From Nymphaea colorata (lineage: Eukaryota), in contig NC_045138.2 in assembly GCF_008831285.2 (NCBI RefSeq), positions 32,488,001 to 32,552,000 on the forward strand: DNA of 64,000 bases, given 5' to 3'. A program made the translations under genes and the position numbers. Shown here piece after piece: positions 11,411-22,960 of this stretch. The notes beneath the pieces were generated by a model. The model did not search any database. It was not told where the DNA came from and worked only from the letters and a program-made list of their open reading frames with translations. Positions within the stretch are counted from its first letter, which is position 1, and each line of letters starts with the position of its first letter.

Positions 11411-12767
11411 TTTTTTTTCCATACTGAATATTAGCAGGTTGGCGTGCTTTTTTAAGTGAATCTATGCCCACTTCAAACTTATGTATAATTTCAGTCAAAA
11501 GCATGAAACCATTCTAGCACATTGAATTTCTTCATTCTAGAAGAGACCTCCTGTTACCAGGCTTCACAAGTAGTGCGTTTTTTTAGTTTGCTTTGCTTCT
11601 TTGTTTTAATTTCAAGATAATACACAGTTTTTATGCTCACAAGAACAGAACTGATTATCAAATGAATAATCTGCTACTTCATTTCAGAATTTGATAATTT
11701 AAAGTAAAGAAAAACGAGATATATTCGAAAATAAATTTTAAAACGCGAGATTTTGATTTCCAACGCAGTTTTTCAAAAAAACGGTCGGATCGAAAAAACG
11801 CGTCTTCTTTTACGCTTCTTCTGTTTGGAGCCCACGCCCCACGGTGGCATTATTTGTAATTTCAAAAAAAATTTAATGGTAGAAGCGGAATAAATTTTAT
11901 AAAACGATAAAGTTAAAAGTTAAAAAGCCTTCATCGACAGAGAGGAAATAAGTCGAAACAGTAAAACTCGTCCGCATTTAGGGTTTTGCAAATTTCCGAC
12001 TTCCAAGACGCCAGTCCGATGGAAAGGTGGTACTTGCCGACGGACCGGTGCGTTTTCCGCCACCCAGCAGATCTCCGACCGGCGAGAAGCAGCCACAGCG
12101 GTAGGATTCGATTACAAACGATGGTTTTTTCAGTCTATTTGCATGGATTTTCAGTCTATTTGTGTTGGATCCCTTAGCTTATTGTGCCTTGGTTTTTTGT
12201 TGGCTGTTTTGGGTTTTTTTTTTGTTTAGCTATGCATTCTGTCCGTCAGAAACTCTTTGGTTTTTGTTTTTGGATTTTCTGTGCCGTGGAATAGTTAACG
12301 CGTTACTTGTATTTCTGATTTTTTTTTTATTTCTGTGGAATCCATGTTTTGTGCATAGCTCTTCGGCTGAAGACTGGTTTCGGTTTCCTTTTGTGTTTGA
12401 TGGCCTAGAATTTTGATTCCAGAATTGAAAAAGACTTGTTTGATGAAATGATAATTAAAAATCTGGAATTCAATTTAATCTGAAAAAGTTGCGGATTGCT
12501 AAATTAATTATACCTTATTGTTCTTGCTAATTTTTTCTATTTTTCCAATTACTAGAAGTTCTTTTTAGGCCCTTATTTGACAGTCTTCTTGAACTTATGG
12601 CCCTTATTTTAAAAATTGTAAAAGATATTAGTTTCGATTTTTTGACTATGGGCAAAAGATGTGCCTAAAAATGCACTTTTTTCTTTGATGATAGAAGAAC
12701 CTTAAAAAACTACACTACTTAGGTGTGGTGGTTTTCGAACATTTGTGTAGTTGTAAACGTAATGTGG

Positions 12768-12770
<3 letters not shown>

Positions 12771-12820
<50 letters not shown>
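12771..12820. repeat. (TA)n microsatellite
   Basis: About 25 TA units. Confidence 0.95.
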
Positions 12821-12822
<2 letters not shown>

Positions 12823-13699
12823 TGATGTTTCTACATTGAACAGTGCAAATGTTAAATATAATAATCACGTATTTAAAAAAAGGACATGATGTTGAGTTCA
12901 AATACATATATAAGCTTCAAAATCTAAAATATTCTTCTTATCAACCACCCCCTTAATCATCTTTTTGGAATCTTGTATGTAAAGGTTCAGACTGGATTTA
13001 TTTATTTACCGAACTACTTACTTTTGGAAGGTGTGGTAATAGGCGTGTGTGTTTTGATTTGTATGGTGAAAAGTCCTTCATCTAACTTTATCGTCTCTTC
13101 TTAGGTACTTGATTTTTTGGGTGTTGAAATATTTTGGAAAGTCAATAATAGCTAAGTTGGTTGCATCTATTTCTTAGATCCTAGGGCGTGCATCTCCTGG
13201 AACTTATATGATGTTTTTTCATATACCTTTTTTTTAGTCATGATGTGTGCAACTCACTTATTTCTTGTTGTCTGTAGCTAGAAATGGGTCTTTCAAATCC
13301 TTACAGTAGTTAACGGGCGATTGAACTTCGTGCATTGACCAGGCTACTTTGGCATGGACAGCAGGTCATGTGTTGGCAACTAGCGGCCTGGATGGTTCAT
13401 GGACTTCTTTCACGATCAATATGGAAAATTTTTTATTAGGAGGTATTGTTCTTTTGCCCAAACAGTTGAACAATCACTAGGATTGACGGTTTTTCTTATA
13501 TATATTATGCATGATCTTTTTTGTGTTTAATACATATGAGAGCCTCATATATACATATGTGTGTGTGGGTGGGTGGATGGGTGTACATTTAATATGCATG
13601 CTTGTATACGTGAATATATGTAACTCTTTTACATTCTTTATTTTTCTGTATCATTATATTTTCAGCTGAGTTGGAGCTAGTCCAGTGGGTGGTTCTGCT

Positions 13700-13957
13700 C
13701 ATACTTCGTTGTTTTTTATTATTTTTGGATGTATATATAGACCATGATATCTTTTTGTAAATATTCTGTTTTTACAGCTTCTTCGGATTTCAATTACATT
13801 ATTCTCATTCTCCATTTCCTTTGTGATTTGGCGTTTGTGCCCATCATTGTGAGATTGTTGTGGGTTTGTGTATGTTTTGTGCCCATCATTGTGAGATTGT
13901 TGTGGGTTTGTGTATGTGACTGTTATCAGTCTTCTTTTCATGGTATTAGAGCCTGGG
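13700..13957 (+). mobile_element. Truncated LTR 3' part plus degenerate tRNA-Met PBS
   Basis: TTTTCA|TGGTATTAGAGCC at 13939-13953 (one mismatch to TGGTATCAGAGCC). TATA-like TGTATATATAG at ~13730. ~42 bp internal tandem duplication at 13834-13917. Left boundary uncertain. Confidence 0.55.
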
Positions 13958-13959
13958 TT

Positions 13960-16040
13960 GTTTATGCTGTTGTGCATAGCTATTCAGCTAAGGCCTTACT
14001 TTCAGTTGTCTTTGTTTTTATTTTATGATTTTATCATTTATGAATTATCATTTTTTTTTAAGACGAAAGATTTATGATGTTACGTCTATTTGGATCAGTC
14101 TATTTGCATTGGATTTTTCTGCCTATTTGTGTTGGATTTTTTAATTTATTGTGTCTTGGCATTTTGTTTTGTTGTTTTGGTTTTTTTTTTAGCTATGCAT
14201 TCTGTCCCGTTGGAAACCCTGTCCGTTAGAAACGGAGCTATGCATTCTGCCAGTTAGAAACTCTTTCGTTTTTGTTTTTGGATTTTATGTACCATGGAAT
14301 AGTTAATGCGTTATGTGTATTTCTGATTTTTTTCTTTTTATTTTTGTGGAATCCATGTTTTGTACATAGCTCTTCGGCTGAAGACTGATTTTTTAGTTCG
14401 ATGTTTCGTTTGTTTAGAAGGGGTTAATATAGTATAACTCGATAACTTGATAATAGTTAGTATTTCATACTTTATGGACGTGAGATTCAATGTTTGGCGA
14501 ATAAATTGTATGCTGTTGTGCATAACTATTCAGCTAACGCCTTATTTTCAGTTGTCTTTGTTTTGCTTTTTAAGATTTTATCATTTATGAATTATCATTT
14601 TTTTTAAGATGAAAGATTTATGATGTTACGTCTATTTGGATTATATTTTTCAGTCTATTTGCATTGGTGTTGGATTTTTATATTTATTGCGCCTTGGATT
14701 TTTGTTGGTTGTTTTTTTTTTTAGCTATGTTTTCTATCCCGTCAAAAGCTCTCTCTGTTAGAAACTGACCTATGCATTCTGTCCGTTAGAAACTCTTTGG
14801 GTTATGTTTTTGGATTTTCTGTGCTGTGAAATAGATAAGGCGTTATGTGTATGTCTGATTTTTATTTTTGTTTAATTTCTCTGGAATCCATGTTTTGTTC
14901 ATATCTTTTAGTTCGATGTTTCGTTTTTATAGAAGGGGTTTAATAAAGTATGACACTAATAATAGTTATTATTTCATACTTTATAGACATGAGACTCAAT
15001 GTTTGGTGAATAAATATTATGCTGTTGTGCAGCGCTATTCAGCTGAGGCCTTATTTTCAGTTGTCTTTGTTTTACTTTTATGATTTTGTCATTTATGAAA
15101 TATGACTTTTTTAAGATGAAAGATTTATGATGTTAAGTCTATTTGCATTCGATTTTTCAGTCTATTTGCTTTGTATTTTTCTATCTATTTGCATTGGATT
15201 TTTCAGTCTATTTATGTTGGGTTTTTTAGTTTATTGTGCCTAGCTTTTTTGTTGGTTGTTTTGTTTTTTCTTTAGCTATGCATTCTCTCCCATCAGAAAC
15301 TCTGTCCGTTAGAAACTGAGTTATGCATTCTGTCCGTTAGAAACTCTTTGGTTTTTGTTTTTGGATTTTCTGTGCCATGGAATATTTAATACCTTACGTG
15401 TATTTCTGATTTTTTTTTTTAATTTATGTGGAATCCATGTTTTGTGCATAGCTCTTTGGCTGAAGACTGATTTTTTTGTTTGATGTTTTGTTTCCATAGA
15501 AGGGGTTAATTAGTATTACACTATAACTTAATAATAGTTTGTTTTTCAAATTTTATAACTTTTTTTAATTATATGTGTATTTCTGATTGTTTTTTTTATT
15601 TGTGTGGAATCCATGTTTTGTGCATTGCTCTCGGCTGAAGACTGATCTTTTAGTTTGGTGTTTTGTTTCTATGGAAGGGGTTAGCGGTTATTATAGTATG
15701 GCACTATAACTTGATGTTTGGTGAATAAATATTATGCTTTTGTGCATATCTATTCACCTAAGACGTTATTTTCAGTTTTTGTTTTGCTTTTATGATTTTA
15801 TCATTTATGAATTATAATTTTTTTTAGATGAAAGATTTTTTATTTACGTCTATTTGCACTGGATTATTCAATCTATTTACATTGGATTTTTCAGTCTTTT
15901 TATATTGGATTTTTAAATTTTTTGTGCCATGGCTTTTTTGTTGGTTTTTTTTTTTTTTGGCTATGCATTCTGTCCCGTCAGAAGCTCTATTTGGTAGAGA
16001 CTAAGCCATGCATTCTGTCCGTTAGAAACTCTTTGGTTTC
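13960..16040 (+). repeat. ~540 bp T-rich tandem repeat array (about 4 diverged units; partial unit at 12125-12385)
   Basis: Anchor TTTCAGTTGTCTTTGTTTT recurs at ~14001, 14548, 15056 and (degenerate) 15770. Other anchors are TGTGGAATCCATGTTTTGT and GCTATGCATTCTGTCC. Confidence 0.88.
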
Positions 16041-17423
16041 TGTGCAATCATATTATGAGAAACACCCGCAGGAAATCCCATGTTCGACATGAATTCCTCC
16101 AAGCGCTTTGCATTTGTCAAGTAGAGGTAACTTATCAAGTTTCTACAAACTTAGATAATTGTAATTTCAATGCTAAAGTAAATTGAACAATTGAAATAGG
16201 AAATAACGTGGACTGCAGCTTTCGAACAATGAAGGCAATTACAATGACAAACTATCCCCTGTTAGGAAGTCAAGAGTGCAAGTGCCTTCAGTGCGGAAAT
16301 CAAAATGTCAAGTCGATTTTTCATAAACAGTTTATTAAACAGATAAATTTGTTTAAGATAAATTTGTTTAAGCATCAAAGATGTAAGTGTTAAATCACAA
16401 GACGGAGGGGAGGAGAGAAAGAGCTGAGAGTTAGCCTGGCACCTTAGGTGCACACCTAGTGTGTCTCTGCCAGGGTTGTGGTGCACGCTTCACGGACTGG
16501 GTGTGTTCTCCAAATAACACCGGCTGTACTTTCAGCCGGCTTGCATGATTAGTTTTAATGACATATACCGGTGGCCGATGTCACCGTTATAAGTCTACAG
16601 CGGTGAAGGCTTCCAACGGCGACAAGCAACACCGGTAAAAGCCTGATTTAGCGGGGAAACATATCATCGCTATAAGTAGGTATAGCGTCGAAGAAATGCA
16701 CCGGTATAGATAAATACCGGTAGTCTTTGTCGCTGCTATTGAGCTATAACGGTGGTTTTTTGCCAAGCATGTCTTCCGTTCTTGTTGTTTAAGAAGAACT
16801 AGCTTGAATTAGAAGTGCTTCGTTTGGCTTTTTTTGTAGACATAATTCAAGCAGTTAAATACAAGATTTCCATACCTTCAAATATGCCTGTTACCGTTCA
16901 AATTTGATGTAAGTTCTAGTAATTATATTTTTTCACATTCAGGAGACATGACGCGTTGATATGTTAGTATTGTTTATAAATAAGTCGTCCTGTTTTGGTT
17001 TTCTTAACTTGTTTGATCTGTAAAATTGAATATAGTGTGTTGGTCAGTCGCTGCCTTTCTCAGCTTCCAATATTTGACTTAGGAAACCAATTACTTGACC
17101 TTAATTCTCATTGTTTTACATTGAAATCATGTGATTGCAACAAAGGCAAGAGAAACAGAAAGCATACTTGGTAAGACAGTGTGCTGGTGATATCTTAGAA
17201 TGACTGCAGAAAACTGCTGCTGCAGGGAACCTTCTTTATCCGTTTCACAAACCAGCTGAAACCAAATGCATCTAATCAAGCAGTCAACGTGTGCCCCTAT
17301 CATGCTGCCATCAAAATAAACAAAACAACAAATGATGGGTTGTTGTTTTAAATAGTTATACAGAAGATTGTTGGGGGCTGCGAGGAAGTGTGGAGGGGGG
17401 AAAGAGAGACGAGAGAGATATAC

Positions 17424-17489
17424 CTTGTAGAATTGGTCAGCGAGGGAAGCGGCCTTGTTGGCAACGGCGAGCTCCTTCTCGTACGCCAT
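17424..17489 (-). pseudogene. SAL1: Isolated first coding exon of SAL1/FIERY1-like 3'(2'),5'-bisphosphate nucleotidase
   Basis: MAYEKELAVANKAASLADQFYK followed by a GT donor. This matches the SAL1 N-terminus MAYEKEL.AAKKAASLA. A GC-rich 5' region lies upstream; no downstream exons found. Confidence 0.75.
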
Positions 17490-17943
17490 GGGAAAAACGG
17501 AGGCCCTGCTCCTGGTCCTGAGCTTCTGCTTTTTTTGAGAGAAGTCAAAATTTAGGGTTCCAGAAGCGATGGACAGACCGGCTTAGGTGATGGTGGCAGC
17601 GCCGGCGAAGAAAGACGAAGGGTCGGACAACGAGGCCTTCTTCGCGACTGCGCCGAGACGGTGAAGAGTGACGCGAAGCCCTGACGGACGGGTACCCTTT
17701 TTCATCCCCGGAAAATTGTCGGGCCCCTGTGCGTGTGGGTTGGAAAAGTTTTTCGGGGTTCGAGGACTTATCTGGAAAATTTTTCTCTAGAATCAGCTTT
17801 TTGCCATAATTTTGTGGCTATTTGAACCACATCAGGTGAATTCATGATGAAACAATGTCCTGGGTCATTTCTCCAACAGATATTTCAGAAACATCAAAAT
17901 CAATAACGATCCTCTGAACCCTCAATTCTTGTATTCTTGACTA

Positions 17944-19660
17944 TTATCTGGCTTCCACCATTGAAATTGGGGTTGCCGTTGGTTCACTTTCCATAGGAGA
18001 TGAACCCAATTCCCGATGTCTACCTTTGTAAGAAAAGGCTGGCTGCTTAGGTACAAGCAGAGTTGCAGAGAAACTACTGCTTAGCACAAGGACAATGGAG
18101 GACACATGATGCACCTCATCACCTGATATAACTGGCATCGTTTTCCTAATAATGGATCAAGGAAATCCGATCCCTTGCCCTCATTCCATAGCTTTCATGC
18201 CTGTATAGTACAACTCACGTATATCAAAATCAATCACCGGATAAAAGTTTGATGCATAAACTATCAATGGTCAGAAAATCATAAAAGCATCTTACTTTTT
18301 TGTGTGTATATATATTTATATATATGTATAACTTTTCCAGCCAAATACCTCTATCACATCCTAAATCAAGCTTTTACTACAGGAGAGGGACATACTAGCC
18401 GAAAAATCTAGATCATGAATTTCAAATTTTTTAGTAGGTATCTATGCATGTATTTTGCAAGGTAAAAGGGAGTTGCTACCATGTATGATTTCAACTCATT
18501 GATACAGGTTTATAAATAGATCCTCAAAGCTTTTTCTCCTGCATTTGTTGGGTCTATATTAGCGAACAGTTTATGTGCTTTTACACTGCATAGTAGACCA
18601 TTATGCCTATTCGCGACTTAGTAAACAGGGAGAGAGAGGAAAAGGGGTGCACATACTTACATGTCCTAATAGATTCATGGAGTCCTCTACTTCCTGGAAA
18701 CCTGTCATCTTCTTCCCACTCACAATCTCGAGAATTATGACTCCAAAGCTGAAGACATCAGATTTGGCAGAGTAGCGCCCTTCCAATGCATATTCTGGTG
18801 GCATGTACCCACTGCACACATTTTAATCAACGATTTTAGAGTCATACATCAGGCTGGGGGAGTGTTGGGAGACACAGCAGAACCCATCTCATAACATTGA
18901 GCAAGAGCACTTACTAGGTTCCTACAACTCTGACAGTATTTGGTTGAGTTTGATCACCACCAAGCATATACACGTTTACACGTGGACAGTAGATCGGAAA
19001 TGTTTCCTGCAGCTTGTGAAAATTGGGAACTTGCTTTGATAAGATTGAACTATATAATATAGATGGACAAGCATAATTGAGTTCACGTCAATCGGCCGAA
19101 CGGTGGTTTCGTGAAGAACAGTATTCATATTTCTTGATGTTCTTGCCGTGGAACTAATTGTGGAAATGCAATCTCTTGCGAAAAGCCCCTAAAGCTTAAT
19201 ATTAATCCATGTTACAGATAAAACTTCAATAAGCGCAAAAGCGCTTTTCTAATTCATTTGCATCTATGTATTTTGCGTTCCTGATATTTGTTCTTCGGCA
19301 TTCCATGATGGAAAGCCCATCTTTGCGGCAAAACTGCAGTTCAATCAAATTTGACTGTTCCAGTTAACAATTTTAGAGAGTATAATCTCAAGATTGGATG
19401 TTTCCCTGATTAAGGAAAAAAACTGAGGTTTAAGTGCTGAAGCTTTGCTGTCAACTTCACTTCGTTCATGAATTCCTCGAGCCCCTGCGCTGATTCCACT
19501 GTCATATCATTAGTTTGCGACATTAGGTATTACTTGAAATAAATCATTGCTGAGAGAGAGAGAGAGATAGAGAATTATGGAGCTGCAAAAGTAACAGAAC
19601 CCCTGTCCAAGCTTGTTTGATTCTGAGAATTTGTTGGTTGCTACCATGAGCTGCCAACTC
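17944..19660 (-). pseudogene. Receptor-like kinase pseudogene 2 (G-type lectin S-receptor kinase-like), multi-exon relic
   Basis: Ordered fragments: MVATNKFSESNKLGQG (~19600-19647); ESAQGLEEFMNEVKLTAKLQHLNL (~19425-19500); GGDQTQPNTVRVVGT|GT (18915-18963); intact 151 bp exon [32 protein letters not shown] (18661-18811); last exon A*KLWNEG...PKQPAF...MVEAR* (17944-18200). Has a premature stop and internal deletions; the HRD catalytic segment is missing. Confidence 0.92.
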
Positions 19661-19674
19661 AGTGAATATATCAG

Positions 19675-19925
19675 CCGATTTACGGATTCAACTAAATTAA
19701 TTGTGAAGCATTAAATAAAATCGAAGAATTTCATTTTGCAAAAAAAAAAAAATGAAATACACTGCTTATAATTTTCTTGTTTGATGCATTAGAAATATAG
19801 ATTTGGAAATAAGTTTTTAAAAACTTATTTAATGAATTGAAGAAATCTAAACAAAATCCAGATTTACAAAACCCCCTTCGTGTTTGCTGGACTTGGGTTT
19901 ATGTTCCAAAAAATAAATTTCTCAA
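19675..19925 (+). repeat. ~250 bp local duplication of 20548-20810
   Basis: GCCGATTTA.GGATTCA.CTAAATTAATTGT..AGCATTAAATAAAAT...TTTGATGCATTAGAAATATAGA occurs at both sites. Confidence 0.8.
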
Positions 19926-20657
19926 TCTTAAAGAGGGAGCATCATAAGTAGGCAAATGAAGACAAACGAAACTGGCATATGCAGAAAAGAAATCACAATC
20001 TTATGATATAATTTTTTTTTTTGGAAATTTTTTGCATTTTTCTCACTACGAAACAAGTTCTTGGCCGCTGAAGTAAACTATCATGACAGATAGGGAAGGA
20101 GGTTCAAATCAATGGAGCCAACATATTCTCATCAAATATTCCCTCCCTAAGGTTGCTATCAAAAAATAAAAATATATATAAATATATTTATATAAACCAT
20201 TGCTAGGATGCTTAAATAGATCATATATCAGATCTACCCATTTTACCAGATTCGATTTATCGGATGTTCATGTGTTTTAGTTGTTTTTTTTTTTAATGAA
20301 TAAAAAAAACTATCCTGTTTTTGAATCTGAAATTTAAAATTCGACTATGATCTAAATCCGACTTTTAAGTTTACAAATGAATTTTTGAATTATGGACTTT
20401 TATAAAATGTATGGATGTTAAATATAAGAAAATTTAACTTGGTATATTGATGGTTGTTTAAAACCAAATTTGGATTTGCCTGTACATCATTCTCAAAAAT
20501 CTACGTTTGGGTTAATTTTTTAATCAGATGTTAACTTTTTTATATTAGCCGATTTAGGGATTCAGCTAAATTAATTGTCAAGCATTAAATAAAATAAATA
20601 ATTTCATTTTGCAATAAAAAAAAGAAATACACTGCTTATAATTTTCTTTTTCTTTTA

Positions 20658-20936
20658 GAGGCCGTTTGATGCATTAGAAATATAGAGTTGGAAATAAGTT
20701 TTTAAAAACTTATTTAAGGAATTAAAGAAATCTAAACAAAATCTAGATTTCCAAGACCCCCTTTGTGTTTGTTGGACTTGAGTTTATGTTTCAGGAAATA
20801 AATTTCTTAGTTTGATAGGAATAAAAGATGAAAAAGAGAATCGTTGGATTAATTAATACTTTGAGAGCTCAACGGTTAAAAAATTTAGATTTTATTTCCA
20901 ATGCTACATGAAATATCCTTCCCATCAAATGGGCCC
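20658..20936. mobile_element. PIF/Harbinger (Tourist-like) MITE, 279 bp
   Basis: TIRs GAGGCCGTTTGATG / CATCAAATGGGCCC (11 of 14 complementary). TTA on both sides (20655-20657 and 20937-20939). AT-rich interior. Confidence 0.75.
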
Positions 20937-22609
20937 TTAAAGATAGTGTTTCCCACTTACGATGCCAAGGAGGACAACGATCTTGTTATCCTTTCATGCG
21001 GTCTTCTTCACTCTAAGGCAATAACCCAGTTGGTCTTGGAATGGTCCGCGCTGAACCAACTCTTGGCTTCAAATAGCGCAGCCTGTTCAATGTATCTGCA
21101 GCCTCACCTAGCCCAATCAGCTTGCAGTTGCACCCGCTTATGCATCCTCATGTAGGTTACAAATGTGCGTTGTTAGGGCTGTGCATCAAGCCGGCCTGGC
21201 CAATCCAAATGAAGTTGGTTTTGATTCAATTTGCCTCATGCTCCTGCCACCTGGGCCCGACTTGATTTTAATAAAAGATCATAAAATACAAAAATTTGAT
21301 ATGTAAGTTATTTTTAACTAAAACTATAATAAAATACTTATATATAAATTAGGTGGTCAGTTTTTGTTTTAATAATTGATGTGTCAATTTTCTTGTGCTA
21401 CAAACAAAGGCACACACTAACAGTAAAGTTGAAGTGTCATAGGAACAACATTCGAGACACCACTTAAGAGATTAGGTCGGAGCATGAGCTCTCATCTATG
21501 TATGATGAAATAATTATCTTGTAAAATAAATAATAACACAAACAAATAAATGCCGGAGACATGGTTAGGTTTCTATATATATGACATACATAGATATACG
21601 TTCTGGTCACATTCCAAGCTTCACTTTCACAAGAAGGATAATAAAGCCTAACTTGCCCACTATTTTGTGCAACTACATAACAAAACTATTCGATGTGATG
21701 TGAATAAACCAAAGTTTTCTTATAATAACTCTAATTATTTCACATAAATGTAGCAAAATTATGATAAATTGACAAATTTAACGGTCACCAATACAAGTAA
21801 AACCATGGCAGTGCAGATCTTACGAAGAGGGTGCGAACATTTTACTTTACTCATGTAGCGACGTTATGGATTGAATACGATATACTATTAACCATATATG
21901 TTTTTTCTTCGTTTTGCATCGACGGGTTTCACTGCCCACCGGTGAACCGGAGGGCGTGGCGTGCGCGTAGGGGTCTCGCCAGATGTAGAGGGTTTAAAGT
22001 GGATTTGCGATGGGGCCAGCTCCTTCCGTATTAGGTAGCCGGAAAGCATCCCAAAGAGCGTGCGCCATCTCTCCTTCCCGTTTTCTTCTTGATTTATGGC
22101 GGTTTCTTCTTTCTTGATTTATGGCGGTTTCTCGTTCTTCATATTATGGCGCCTAAAAGGGAAAAGCCGTCTGCGTCGTCGATTACAGAAAGAAATGTCA
22201 CCCACGAAGCAGGGCAATGCTTCTACGTCCGGCGATGAGAAGATGGTGTGGCGGCATTTCATCGGTGTGGGCGGAAAAGGACCGTCCGCTATCTCGGTTC
22301 TCACTCATGGCAGGCAAGATACACTCACTCCCTGCTATTGTTTGCTGGGCTTGATACATCTCTATCTCTCTCACTTTTGAGGGCGTCCGTTCGCGTCCTC
22401 CTTTGGCCGGCAGCCATCGCCGGTGTGTGATGATTGTTCGAAGCCCTCTCCACCCTTCAATTGTCTTTGTTTGTTGTTTCCTATTGGGGTTTCTCTATAG
22501 TCCGTGGGGTTTATCATTTCAGGCTGGGGTCCTTCATTTAGGCACTGGGCTGGGGTTTTCTTTGAGGTTTTGGTTGGGTTCTTCCGTTGAGGTTGTTGCT
22601 GGTTTTTAA

Positions 22610-22960
22610 CATTTGGTTCGCCATTGGGTCGGATGCTTTGGTCACCACTTGGGTCGCCGCTTTCGCTTTTGGTTAGTCCACCGCTTGGGTCCCTGCTGGT
22701 TCGGTTGTGGGTCACCGCTTAGGTCGTTGCTGTCGTTCTTACTGGGTCTACCGCCTTCCGTCGTCCCTTAGGTTGCTGTTGGGTCTGCCACTTGTGTCAC
22801 TCTTGACATCTGTCGCTTGGGCATGCCGTTTTGTTGATCTTGCTGCTGAGTCGCGACAACCGCTTCAGATTGCTGCTAGATCGCCATTATCGTCTTTGGG
22901 TTTGTTGCTGGGCCGTCACTGTCGAGATGACTGCTGGGTGCTATGATTATTGTTGTGCAT
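22610..22960 (+). repeat. Degenerate GC-rich minisatellite (GGTC.CC.CTTGGGTC-like)
   Basis: Repeated TGGGTC/CCGCTT/TGCTG words within a GC-rich island at 21930-23090. Confidence 0.5.

Noticed and set aside
17127..17423. Remainder of the 120 aa ORF after the SAL1-like start
   Set aside because: Read-through into intron sequence past the GT donor at 17423.
20960..21170. Possible extracellular or transmembrane exon of kinase pseudogene 2
   Set aside because: Only a weak DW..GC resemblance and a GTAAGT donor; too degenerate to support.
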